Source: Octopus vulgaris | Taxonomy: Eukaryota | NCBI GenBank assembly: GCA_951406725.2 | Contig: OX597814.1 | Coordinates: forward strand, 208,754,001-208,818,000 | Direction: 5' to 3' | DNA length: 64,000 bases | Shown here: piece by piece, positions 27,111 through 40,379 of the stretch | Numbering within the stretch: the first letter of the stretch is position 1 | Layout: every line of letters begins with the position of its first letter | Position numbers and translations under genes: made by a program | The notes under the pieces: model-generated | What the model saw: the letters and a program-made list of their open reading frames with translations, nothing else | What the model was told of the DNA's origin: nothing | The model's database searches: none

Positions 27111-27791
27111 AGAAGGCAGTAGACATTAGACAGAGTAGCCTGATAAAAAGTCTTACGAGAGAGACACATTCACTGCTATAGAATGCTTTTAATCATATAT
27201 TGACAGAGCTGACCTTGCGATTAAACAATGTTGTATAGCATTGCTAAAGCTAATAGCATGAGACATTTAAGGGGGAGGCTTTCGTTAAGGAGAATTTGTA
27301 TATGATATTGTTCATCCAATGTATCAAAATTTGTCTTCCCCATTGTATAAACAATGCATACAATAGACTACTAACCATAACAGCATGGTCCTTGTTCCGT
27401 TTAAACATTGCATATGTTCTTCCAAGTTGTCAATAGGACTCTGGAATTTTCAGAGAGGTCTGTCGTGATATTTTGAAATTAAAAACCTGACACATGTGAG
27501 AAAAATACAGGTATTTAAGGATGGGATATATCATTTTGCTTTTGAGCAGTTCTGAAATTTTTCGAAATATCAGATTATTAAAAGGGGGTGGGATCATTGA
27601 ATAAAGGTATACATCTGTGTGAAGAAGAAATATTTTTTCTTCTTAACGAATTCAACGACTGTTTAATTTTTCAATATGTGTGTTTCTTAGCTTCCTGCGC
27701 TTGTTAAAGAAAAACATCAAAACATCAATTACTACTAAATGGCTAATATTTTTTTTTTAAATCTTCATTTAATAATCATAAAGTCTTTTTG

Positions 27792-27827
<36 letters not shown>

Positions 27828-27952
27828 CTATGTGTGCTGTGGTTTTACTGGGATCTCCCTTTTAAGTAGAAAGAATAGCCAAAACTCTTTGACTGCTATT
27901 TCTAAATTCGGTGTGTGGTGAGGCAAATCGTTGCTAAACCCTTAATTACTTA

Positions 27953-28014
<62 letters not shown>

Positions 28015-28120
28015 TTTATAGAAGGAGCTTCTACAGGACTGTAGAAGCTCCTTCTATAAAATAAATTACTTTACTCTGCTATGTATTGAGTACCTTATTT
28101 ACTGTGGTTAACCCGGGACC

Positions 28121-28155
<35 letters not shown>

Positions 28156-28429
28156 TAATAAATAAAATATATGCATACATACAAACATATATATGTACGT
28201 ACCTACATCTACATGTATATATACATGCATATATATATATATATATATAAATACTTTTCTAAATTCTAATGAATTATTTTGGTTTGTACTCAGTCAAATG
28301 AATTTATATGGAAGGAAGGAAGAATTAGAATATTTTTTTTAAAAATAACTTACCATAAATGATTTTTTAGGATTCCAGATGTAGAAGAGACGGTAATGAA
28401 TATAAGAATGCAATAATAAAAGTATGACA

Positions 28430-28529
28430 NNNNNNNNNNNNNNNNNNNNNNNNNNNNNNNNNNNNNNNNNNNNNNNNNNNNNNNNNNNNNNNNNNNNNNN
28501 NNNNNNNNNNNNNNNNNNNNNNNNNNNNN
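28430..28529. other. 100-N scaffold gap
   Basis: Run of exactly 100 N between the two duplicate copies. Confidence 0.99.
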
Positions 28530-28889
28530 CAGATAAGGGATCGGGGGACCCTGTCAAAGGCTTTCTCCAACTCAACAAAAGCCAAGTATAGAGGTTTATA
28601 TTTAGCTAGGTAGTTCTCCTGCAGTTGCTGTACCAGAAATATAGCATCAGTGGTGCTTCTACCTGGCACAAAATCATACTGTATCTCATCTAAGCAGACT
28701 CTCTCCAAAATTAGTAGGGCTATGACCATCTCCATGACCTTCATCACCTGATCCAGCAGTTTGATACCCCTGCAGTTACTTCTATCTAAAGCATCACCTT
28801 TACCTTTATAGCAGTTGACTAGGGTGCTGCTATGCCAGTCGTTGGGTAAGACTCCTTCATGAACTACCTAATTTACAATACAGGTGACT
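28530..28889 (-). mobile_element. Duplicate of the RTE RT fragment, cut by the gap
   Basis: Near-identical to 18673-19032. Confidence 0.9.
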
Positions 28890-31800
28890 CTTTGTATAAC
28901 ATTGTTTCTATTATTTATACATAATTATAAGTATATATATAAATGGCATTGACTGAGCTTTAAAAAAATTGCTGAACTTTGCCGACCTCTCAGATTGTAA
29001 AGACTGCATCCAAGTTGTTGCTACAATCTATTAAGATCATGAACAAGGCGATATTTTCGAGTGAACTCCATACATTCCTAGTCTACTATCAGTAACAATA
29101 AGAGGGAGACCATGGAGTTGCTAAAAATAGCAACTAGATTTCAAAAAAGTAAAACATCCTACCATTAAATTAAAGAATGCATTAGATAAATGTAGTAATT
29201 ATCATCATTTGAAGTGTGTTTTCCATGTTAGTATGGGTTGGACAGTCTGACAGGAGCTGAACAGCTGCCAAGGTTCCAATTGTCTGTTTTGGCAAGGTTT
29301 GTATGGCTGGATGTCCCTCCTAATGCCAACCACTTCACAGAGTGTATTGAGTGCTTCTTACATGACACTTGTACTTTTACATAGTACAGGTCCATAATCT
29401 TTGGTACATTATGTCTGAGATAAACATGGGATGATTAGCCATAAAAACCGAAGTGTTCAAACAAAAACTCTCACTGGGAGAGTACAAACATGGCTCTGTA
29501 GTTTAAAAAAAATGTGTGTTGCATAGCTGTAGGGTCTCAGGTTCAAGCTTACTACATGGCCTTTTCTACGAGAGTCATTGGTCAACCAAAGCCTTGTGAG
29601 TGGAATTTGGCAGACAGAAACAGTAAGGATATAAGGCGGCGAACTGGCAGAAACGTTAGCACGCCGGGCGAAATGCTTAGCGGTATTTCATCTGTCGCTA
29701 CGTTCTGAGTTCAAATTCCGCCGAGGTCGACTTTGCCTTTCATCCTTTCGAGATCGATAAATTAAGTACCAGTTACGCACTGGGGTTGATATAATCAACT
29801 TAATACCTATGTCTGTCCATGTTTGTCTCCTCTATGTTTAGCCCCTTGTGGGTAATAAAGAAATAGGTATTTTGTCTGTCATTACGTTCTGAGTTCAAAT
29901 TCCGCCGAGGTCGACTTCGCCTTTCATCCTTTCAGGGTCGATAAATTAAGTACCAGTTACGCACTGGGGTCGATATAATCAACTTAATCCTTTTGTTTGT
30001 CCCCTCTATGTTTAGCCCCTTGTAGGCAATACAGAAATGAGAAACAGTAAGGATATTGGTCAGTGAGACTGTTCTTGTTTCAACATTACAGACTTAATTT
30101 GTAACCTAGTTTAACAATCCTATCTAGCCCATGGGTGCCTTTAGCAGATTTTTGAGCTGCAGGGGGTATCTAATTTGTTCCTAAAACCTATTCTTCTTTT
30201 TGTCAGTCTTTGTCTTTTCTGGCTCTTTCTCCTGTTCTTGCTGTTGTTTAGCCCAGGGCAAACAACCATGGAACACATTCCAGTCATAACCATTTCTTTT
30301 CCTTTTTGGTATAACTTAGACTACACTGTCTAATGTGTCTTATTTTTAAGACAATAATATGATGTGAGGGAATTTGGATGCTATTTCTAGCAGATTAAAT
30401 GACTTCATAAAGTTCCCACTAGGTGTTCATGGTAAACCCACTCTGCTATGTGTTTCTTTGACATTCACACTTGCTGAAATATAGTCAAGGATAATCAAAC
30501 AATTAAATATTTGAGCTTAATCGATTTAACAAGGGATTAGAATTATAATTGATTTGTTTATCTAATAATAAAACAAATGAATAATTTTGGTTATGACACA
30601 CAATAGCTGAGAGGTCAGTGATCTAACTTCCTTATATCAAACACTATTATAATCATTATGCTGATTCTGTTAGTCTTAGGATCCATTAGCAGTATTGTGA
30701 TGGGGGCAACTGCTCAAACAATAACCCCTAACTAAAGAACACAAACATGGTTGTGTTGTCAAAAAGTTTGCATTTCAACTGCATGATTCCAGGGTCAATT
30801 CTACTGTGCAGCTCCTTCAACATGTACGTTCTGTTATAGCCTTAGATGGAGGTGGGCAAATAAAGAGTGGCAAATGAAATTCACAAGTTGGAAATTGGTC
30901 AATAAGACTTTTGGTGTTTAAAGATTGCAGACTTCATCTATAACTTGGTTTAACATTCCTATCTATCTTTAGCAGACGACACTGTTACACACCTTTGATC
31001 CAGGGCTCTGGTTTGAGAACTTTCTCACACCTTCCTTACCTCCAGTATCAGAGGCCCTGAAAAAATGTCATGGGAGCTGTTCCTATTTCTTTGACTAAGC
31101 TGCTTAAGAAAAAAAACAAAAACATTCATACTAACACAGAAAAATAATTGAAGACAAGAGAAAATTTTACTCAAAAAAATAACAGCATCTTTCAGGACAT
31201 ATGTCATCATAATCACTTTAACATCTGCTTCTCCATGTTTTCATGGGTCGGATGGAATTTGTTGAAGTAGACTTTTCAACAGCTGGATGGATGCCCTTCC
31301 TGTTTTGCGAAACCTTACCTGTTTCCAAGCAAGGCAATATTTCCCTATGGTCGGGCATGTTTTCACAGAATATTGCAAATGAATGACATTAGTTTACAAC
31401 AATCCCATGAATGTCAACACATGCATCTAATATGTATTACGCTTCTCTCAGTTTCCATCTACCAAATTCACTCACAAGGTTCTGATTGGCCTGGGGCTAT
31501 AGTTTGTTCCCGCTCGAGCCATGCTTGGCTCATAAGGGCCGGCTTCCCGGTTTCCTTGGCGTATAGGTTCCTCACCTGGACAGGACGCTGGTCCATCGCA
31601 GGTGAGCTGCAAGATGCAGGAGAAAAGAGTGAGAGAAAGTTGTGGCGAAAGAGTCAACAGAAGTTTTGCCATTACCTTCTGCAGGAGCCGCGTGGAGTTT
31701 AGGTGTTTCGCTCATAAACACACACATCGCCCAGTCCGAGATTTGAACCCGCGATCCCTCGACTGCAAGTACACTGCTCTAACCACTAAGCCATGCGCCT

Positions 31801-33165
31801 CCACACTTGGGCTATAGTAGAAAGCAATTACCCAAAGTTACACACAGTGAGACTGAACCTGAAACCATGTGGTTGGAAAACTGACTTCTTAACCACAAAG
31901 CCATGCTTGTACCTATATATGTTTAAAATTACATGTACCTAAATTATAGTGTTTCCCCATTTCAGATACTTAACAAGAATAACAGGTTACTCAGCTTTCA
32001 CCATAACACACAAAACCTCTACCATTAATGTATACCACAAGATGATATATGGTTATGGTATCTGTGACAGTGCGCCGGAAGTTGATACTTTCTTTACAGT
32101 TGTTCTGACAACTCAGCCATCCTCGCCTGACTCTAAATTTAATTCTTACTAAATCAATTTGGTCTTTCTATCTATTTATTCATGAAATAAGTAGCAATAT
32201 ATACAGCAAGTCAATCATATTAAACGACTTGTCTGTCACTCAACTCGGTCAATGCCATCACCATTATCTCGGTTCAAGTATATACAACACAGAAAGAGAA
32301 GAGGCCTAATTTGATGACTTATATAATATGGTTTAGTGCAGTGGTTCCCAGAGTGGGGTGATAATGGGATGGCCAAAAGTGAGTGATGGATATAAAAAAA
32401 TTTAAAAAAAAGATTAATTAGGTTAAGTTTTATTTGTGAAATACAGTTGTGGCTGCAGAAAGTGGTCTATATTTGTGGTGATGAGTGATGGGTGAGACGC
32501 CAGGAATGTGGCCTGGTTGTCAAGGGGACAGCAGTCTGAAGAATTTTAGGAATCACTGTTCTGAGTTCAAAGCTCTGGAGCTGACATTTGATATACCCTT
32601 AACCTGCCAAATTGGTTTTCCCCTTCCTTAAATTAATTGTGAAAATAGTATCAATTATAATCCAAACCATCCTCCTCTTCAGTTTTAACATTAATTATTA
32701 TTACTTTCTGACTATTTACCGAGTTCAAATCCTGCTACGGTCAACTTTGCTTTCATCCTCCTGGGGTCGATGGTATCAACGAAACCTCTCCCCTCAAAAT
32801 AGCTGGCCTTGCGTATATATCAAAAATCATTATTATTATTAAAATATTGACAACACTAGTAAGCAAAACATGCTTATTCTCAAGCTAACGAGGGTGTCTC
32901 TGCATAGTCGCTCCACCTGCTAGGAATAGCAGCCAGATCTCTTACAAATAGCACGATATTCTTTAAATAAAACGGATAACGTTCTCCATAAAACATTACC
33001 TGAAAACAAAACGGGAAAGTCACCAATGGAACGTTTTTGATCATGGGGGGGGGGGTCTGCTCAATCAGGTTGACATGGGAGCTAAACATCAAAACATCAA
33101 CAACAATACAATGAAGACAAGAATTTAATTTAGAGAAAAATATCAGAAATAAGATGTGTACATAC

Positions 33166-33211
33166 CTTCGTTGGTGAATAAACTCCACAGTTTTGAAAAG
33201 AGAAAGCCCAT
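33166..33211 (-). CDS. ARL5: First coding exon of ADP-ribosylation factor-like 5 (ARL5A/B-like GTPase), MGFLFSKLWSLFTNE+1 nt
   Basis: Hand translation closely matches the remembered ARL5B N-terminus (MGLIFAKLWSLFCNQE), including the Gly2 myristoylation site. The 46-nt segment ends at a phase-1 donor (GAAG|gtatgt). An acceptor (ttgtttcag|) opens the exon at 33241, with a tactaag branch-like motif upstream. Confidence 0.85.
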
Positions 33212-34722
33212 GTCAAAAGCTAGTCCAGACTACAGTCGGGACTGAAACAAGGACCAAACTCTTAAGGAAGGGCTTAACAGGTGCTTAGTAGGCAATGTTT
33301 TTTTTTTTTTTAAATATATTTCTAATTAAATTGCTATCCTTTTTTTTTATTCCTCCTTTTTTTTCATTTTTTTCAACTGTTTTTAATTTATAGTATTTTC
33401 TGGTTAATGTAAGTATATCTTATTATGTTTACTGTTTTACAAGAAAGGGTGTGTGTGAGAATTTCTCAATGCTGAACGATTCTAAGAAAAACAAACGAAA
33501 ATTATTAGTTTACTTTCCTTTGCTTTACACACTAACTAAAACCACCCCTGTGAACCGATTCTATTTTAAAATGTTGAGTAAATATCCTTTCCCCAATAAT
33601 TCAACAATGGGAAAAGTCGTGTGAGTAAAGATAAATAAGTCAACAAGTAAATACCCACTTATTTGTATTTTTTCAATTCTTTATATTTACACACTGACGT
33701 TGCTGGTTAGTGGTATTATAATTATATTTGTTATTTCTACAACTACCGCTTACACGAGAATTACCCCATGAGGTGGAAATACCCAACGGACTAAATAGCA
33801 GAGGTTATTTATAAAAATATCCATGAAAATGTGTTTCTATCATAGATACAAAAAAAGTCAGTGCAGATACGTGTATTTCATTCCCAACATCAAATATCGC
33901 TTGTGTATATACGTGTATATACGTATGTATCTATGTGTGTTTTATATTCAAATATCAAAAGCATATACACACATATATATATGTTGGATTTAAATTTAAA
34001 TATCGGTGTTTTTTAATTGTCGCTGATGTGTAGTATATCAGCGCACTTCATCCACACAAGATATTGAATACAGTGCGTGAATATTTATATATATATATAT
34101 ATATATTATTTGTTGTCTATACATTTATTGCCAAAAAGGAAAACAAAGGATAGATTATAATATGCCAAGTAAAATAGATTTCTATTTGTCTAAGTGAAAT
34201 ACTTCAAATCCTTTATGAAACTCTGAAACACATCCGCTATAGTCTATATATATATATATGTTTATCTACGTACTTCTAGAGAGATATATAGGCATGTACA
34301 TTTTGTGTGTGTGTGTGTTATATGTATGTGTGTAAGTGTGTAGATGTGTAAATATTTATACAATATATAGTGTATGTATGTATGTGTGTGTGTGTGTGTG
34401 TGTGTCTAAACTACATTGGAATTATGTCAGTTTATGGCACTGTAGCTATTACTTTTAGGAGGAATTCTTACAGGAAGCAATCTTGAAGACGTTTTGTAGG
34501 GGATAGTAATAACAAAAGCAAAAAAAAAAGGGGGAAAAAAAGGAGTAGGATCAATATCAAGTTGGCTGACTCCTTCCTCTCTTAGTCACCACCATGTTGC
34601 TAATAATTATGTTCCAGTATGGCACAAACCATATACATGTGAGCTGCCAAAAATAAAGAAAAAGAAAGAAAATATAATAGACTAAAATAAATAAAGTGTG
34701 TGTATGTGTATGTGTGTGGCTA

Positions 34723-34778
<56 letters not shown>

Positions 34779-35342
34779 CATGGCTTTAATAGATTGTTAA
34801 AGGGATCTAAAGATGGGTGTGTGATGATGACTGGATCGTTTAGGAAGATGGTGAAAAATTACTTTAAGAAATATGGAATTAAAAAAAAATAACAGTGTCC
34901 AGGAAGTCGGTATGAAATGAACACGGAACACACAAATCTATGAAACAATTCTTTTTCCAGTAATACACATGAATAAAATAAAGGTATTGATATTGACTTA
35001 ATTTATCACATATTTGTATGTATGAAGAGTGATACACACCACACAATATATATGTGTGTATATATGTATATATATACACATACACACACACAATATATGT
35101 GTATATATGTATATATATATATATATATATATAATTACACACACAATATATATGTATATATATATATACATACACACCACACAATATATGTGTATATATG
35201 ACTATATATATATACACACCACACAATATATATGTGTGTATATATGTATATATATATATACATATACACACCACAATATATATGTGTGTATATATGTATA
35301 TATATATATATATATACATACACACCACACAATATATGTGTG

Positions 35343-35373
<31 letters not shown>

Positions 35374-35428
35374 CACACAATATATATGTATATATCGTGA
35401 ATTTCACGTTCTTTATATATAAAGTTTT

Positions 35429-35468
<40 letters not shown>

Positions 35469-36665
35469 CACACCACACAATATGTGTATATATATGTATA
35501 TATATATATATACATACACACCACACAATATATATGTATATATATGTATATATATACATACACACCACACAATATATATGTATATATATGTATATATATA
35601 CATACACACCACACATATATGTATATATGTATATATATATACATACACACCACACAATATATATGTGTGTATATATGTATATATATATATACATACACAC
35701 CACACAATATATATGTGTGTATATATGTATATATATATATACATACACACACACCAAAGCGCGAGATAGTATTTTGAGAAACGAGATATAAAGATTTTTT
35801 TTTATGGAGAAAGGGTAACTGTGTGTATATATGTGTGTGCGTATATAAATAGATAATATGTGTGTAGCTAAAGTTTAAAGGGAAGAATGTGTGAATCAAT
35901 AATAACGAAAGATAAACCCTTATAAATAAGTACAACAATACCTGTAAACACAACATATGTTATGAGTGAGCCAACAAGAAAGCCTCGACATCGTAATCCT
36001 ATCTGCTAGAAATAGCAGCCTAATCTTCCTCAAATCACACCCTATCGTAGTGAGTAAGGAAAGAACACAATGGATAGTGTATTCCTATAGTATACTCCTA
36101 AAAAACGATAGGATGGTCTTGGACATTGCTGGAATGCCTATGATCATAGGCCTGCTCGATTAGCGTTGACTTGGGGCTAAACAACCACGTTTAAGTGGGG
36201 GGGGGGGGGGAGAGGGGCACACATGTAATAGTAATGCATGCATAGCTCGGTGCGCGAGTGAGTGTATATGTATTCGTCGTGTATACACACAAAAGCTGTC
36301 AACAATGAGTCGCAATGTGATGATAAACGTGGAGCACTATAAAGATACCCAGAGAACAAATTTTTTTTCTTCTTCTTCTTTCAAAGCCAACAAATAGTCT
36401 TAATTACCGCATCAAAGAAGGACAGAGGTGAAAAAGAGGGGGTACCTTTTGATAGAGTCATATATCTCCCTCTACTAAACACACGAACTATTGATATTCA
36501 ATCCTTTCTATTACGTTTTTAATAGCATCCAAACTCTTCCTTCGTGTGACATTTCCAACACAGTTACTAGCAATTCACAGTATATTTCACATATATATCT
36601 ATGTGTAATTACAAGCCTGGTTGCTTAGAATGGCTTTAATGTCAGCGAGTGCATTTTACACACAC

Positions 36666-36706
<41 letters not shown>

Positions 36707-36834
36707 CCTTTTTTAAGTGCTGTGGTTTTACTGGCATCTCCCTTTTAAGTAGAAAGAATAGCCATAACTCTTTGACTGCTATTTCTAAATTCGGTGTGTG
36801 GTGAGGCAAATCGTTGCTAAACCCTTAATTACTT

Positions 36835-36889
<55 letters not shown>

Positions 36890-37770
36890 CAGTGTGTGTG
36901 TGTACACACATGCTTTCAGAAACATCAAAACGTGAATGATTCGCATAAAGTTCATTGCGACATCATCCACTGAGAGGCTTTACCTGTTCGCTCAATCTGC
37001 TAGAAATAGAAGTTAACTATCACAATTTACGCTTCGTTGTCTTGTAAAGTAATCTCTATATATAATATATATAAAAATAAAAAAAAAGAGAAGGCAGTAG
37101 ACATTAGACAGAGTAGCCTGATAAAAAGTCTTACGAGAGAGACACATTCACTGCTATAGAATGATTTTAATCACATATTGACAGAGCTGACCTTGCGATT
37201 AAACAATGTTGTATAGCATTGCTAAAGCTAACAGCATGAGACATTTAAGGGGGAGGCTTTCGTTAAGGAGAATTTGTATATGATATTGTTCATCCAATGT
37301 ATCAAAATTTGTCTTCCCCATTGTATAAACAATGCATACAATAGACTACTAACCATAACAGCATGGTCCTTGTTCCGTTTAAACATTGCATATGTTCTTC
37401 CAAGTTGTCAATAGGACTCTGGAATTTTCAGAGAGGTCTGTCGTGATATTTTGAAATTAAAAACCTGACACATGTGAGAAAAATACAGGTATTTAAGGAT
37501 GGGATATATCATTTTGCTTTTGAGCAGTTCTGAAATTTTTCGAAATATCAGATTATTAAAAGGGGGGTGGGATCATTGAATAAAGGTATACATCTGTGTG
37601 AAGAAGAAATATTTTTTCTTCTTAACGAATTCAACGACTGTTTAATTTTTCAATATGTGTGTTTCTTAGCTTCCTGCGCTTGTTAAAGAAAAACATCAAA
37701 ACATCAATTACTACTAAATGGCTAATATTTTTTTTTTAAATCTTCATTTAATAATCATAAAGTCTTTTTG

Positions 37771-37821
<51 letters not shown>

Positions 37822-37933
37822 CTGTGGTTTTACTGGTATCTCCCTTTTAAGTAGAAAGAATAGCCAAAACTCTTTGATTGCTATTTCTAAATTCGGTGTG
37901 TGGTGAGGCAAATCGTTGCTAAACCCTTAATTA

Positions 37934-37973
<40 letters not shown>

Positions 37974-38079
37974 TTTATAGAAGGAGCTTCTACAGGACTG
38001 TAGAAGCTCCTTCTATAAAATAAATTACTTTACTCTGCTATGTATTGAGTACCTTATTTACTGTGGTTAACCCGGGACC

Positions 38080-38114
<35 letters not shown>

Positions 38115-38316
38115 TAATAAATAAAATATATGCATACATACAAACATATATATGTACGTACCTACATCTACATGTATATATACATGCATATATATATATA
38201 TATATATATATAAATACTTTTCTAAATTCTAATGAATTATTTTGGTTTGTACTCAGTCAAATGAATTTATATGGAAGGAAGGAAGAATTAGAATATTTTT
38301 TTTAAAAATAACTTAC

Positions 38317-38710
38317 CATAAATGATTTTTTAGGATTCCAGATGTAGAAGAGACGGTAATGAATATAAGAATGCAATAATAAAAGTATGACAGATATTTT
38401 TTTTTGGGGGGGGGGGTATTTTGGCTAATTGGTACTACTAATTTTTCAGTTACGTTTCACAGTAGTGACACCGACCGGTAAATAAATTGTCTAAACGAAT
38501 AAATAAATCCACATAAGCCACGCTGCTGCTGCCGTGAAGTACCAAAAAATATATATAATTGAAATAAATGTGGTGACCAGCAGGCCTACCGACCGACCGA
38601 CCGACTTTACTATAACGGTGAGTTGGATACCAGCCACCACCACCAAACCATCATAGTGACGACGACAGTGGAGCCGACAGCTGTAACAAAATATACGGAA
38701 GTCCAAATAT
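38317..38710 (-). other. Probable non-coding first exon (5' UTR) of ARL5
   Basis: Unique, CpG-richer sequence ending in a consensus donor ATG|GTAAGT at 38317/38316, about 5 kb upstream of the coding-exon acceptor. A truncated copy lies at 28354-28429. The 5' end and the splice connection are inferred. Confidence 0.55.
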
Positions 38711-38870
38711 GACGAAAAACAAACGAGAACACGTCAACAAACCGGTGTAACGGCAATCGGGAAATTATTATAGTTCAATATTGCTCTTAGATATATATAT
38801 ATAAGATCACCTCAGTCGCGTCCCTTTATCGTTCTTCAGACCGCCCCACCACCACTTCCCACCAGATTTT
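38690..38870 (-). promoter_or_regulatory. Putative housekeeping-type core promoter
   Basis: ETS-type CGGAAGT (38696-38702), adjacent YY1-like cgtcatattt on the minus strand, GC box CCGCCCC (38841-38847) and local CpG enrichment next to the putative first exon. Confidence 0.45.
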
Positions 38871-39037
38871 GTGATGACTTTGTTTTTAATCTACCCCAGG
38901 GGGTCCATTAAAAGTACTAATAATATTCTTGATTATTGTTCTTGTCTCTACGTGAAAATCCAATATTTTAGGAATACTACCAACACCTTTTGCTCGAGTC
39001 ACCAGATTTAATCTTATTTTTTATGAGAAATTTGCGT

Positions 39038-39150
39038 GGGTTCAGTCCCACTGCGTGGCATCTTGGGCAAGTGTCTTCTACTATAGCCCCGGGCCGACCA
39101 ATGCCTTGTGAGTAGATTTGGTAGACGGAAACTGAAAGAAGCCTGTCGTA

Positions 39151-39209
<59 letters not shown>

Positions 39210-39401
39210 ATGTTTGTCCCCCTAGCATTGCTTGACAACCGATGCTGGTGTGTTTACGTCCCCGTCACTTAGCGGTTCGGCAAAAGAGACCGTTGGAATA
39301 AGTACTGGGCTTACAAAGAATAAGTCCCGGGGTCGATTTGCTCGACTAAAGGCGGTGCTCCAGCATGGCCGCAGTCAAATGACTGAAACAAGTAAAAGAG
39401 T
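39038..39401 (+). mobile_element. Family-A SINE just upstream of the putative ARL5 promoter
   Basis: Starts at the B box. High identity to other copies. Confidence 0.9.
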
Positions 39402-39595
39402 ATATGCACACATAAGAGTTATCGGCAATATTTTCTAATATTTGGTCAACTCAGCTTCGACTAATGCATTTTTTTGTTCTTAGTAACGTAAAAGAACAAA
39501 TCGCGGGTTATGTGTAAGTGTGTGGAGTTTTGAATATACTTCCATATGTTCAGTGAAATTTAATGCTGAGATTTTCAGAATAACTTTATTTATAA

Positions 39596-39967
39596 CTAGC
39601 AGTATCGCCCGGCGTTGCTCTGGTTTGTAAGGGAAATAACTATAAAGCATTTTTAGAGAGTTATAGCCAAAAAATGGAAAAAAATGATGGTAACTTTTTT
39701 TGAGAGTAAAAAAAGGTGGAGTTGCGTCCCCTAGACAGTTTGCGGTTTGTGTTTCTGATTCTCGACCCCATGTCGAATTTATCGATTTTTTTCAGAACTG
39801 GGGGAACTTTTCAAAATTTTCGCTGCGTTAGTTTTGAATTATGACATTGGGCTATGTGTGTGTCAAGTTTCATCAGAATCGGTTGAAAGCCGTGGTCAGG
39901 ATGAGGGTACAAGCAAACAGACACACAGAAACACGCACAGACAAACTGCCGTTTATATAGAGAGAGA
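39596..39967 (-). mobile_element. Non-autonomous Helitron-like element
   Basis: A|TC ... CTAG|T on the minus strand, with the same 3' terminus as 53437-53736. Confidence 0.8.
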
Positions 39968-40379
39968 TTTATTTATAATTAGCGGCAACAAATCAAATTT
40001 GAGGTTTTCAAAATCATATTATTTCAACTTTGGAATGTTTTACGCTTGAAATTACTTATTTAAACAAATATGAACGATATATATTAACAGTGCATCTATC
40101 ATCTTCGACAATTATATCTGTCGTTCCGCTATACATGCATGGTTGACATTCGCTGCAGGTTGCTTACTCTTTGAGAGCGGGAGATTCAAAATTTATGAGG
40201 ATCGCTTCAGTTGTTTTAGCTTCTCTCTATAATTTCTGAACGAGTATTGAGCTATGAATCATTGACATTTTTTTTTTTTTTTTTTTGCTTCCTACTTCGG
40301 TTGTTGTATTCGATCTTTACCTTTTGACCTACAGATTTTAAAAATATTTTTTTTCAAACTAAACACTTTCAAACTTTGA

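Larger units (their letters stand above)
18673..28429 (+). repeat. Copy 1 of a ~9.8-kb near-identical direct duplication
   Basis: Starts with the same sequence as 28530 and ends with the same sequence as 38392. It differs by SNPs, small indels and microsatellite lengths. Confidence 0.97.
28530..38392 (+). repeat. Copy 2 of the ~9.8-kb duplication
   Basis: Collinear with 18673-28429. Confidence 0.97.

Noticed and set aside
23306-33211. Real tandem duplication or alternative first exons of ARL5
   Set aside because: The duplication breakpoints coincide with the assembly gap, so a haplotype overlap is more parsimonious.
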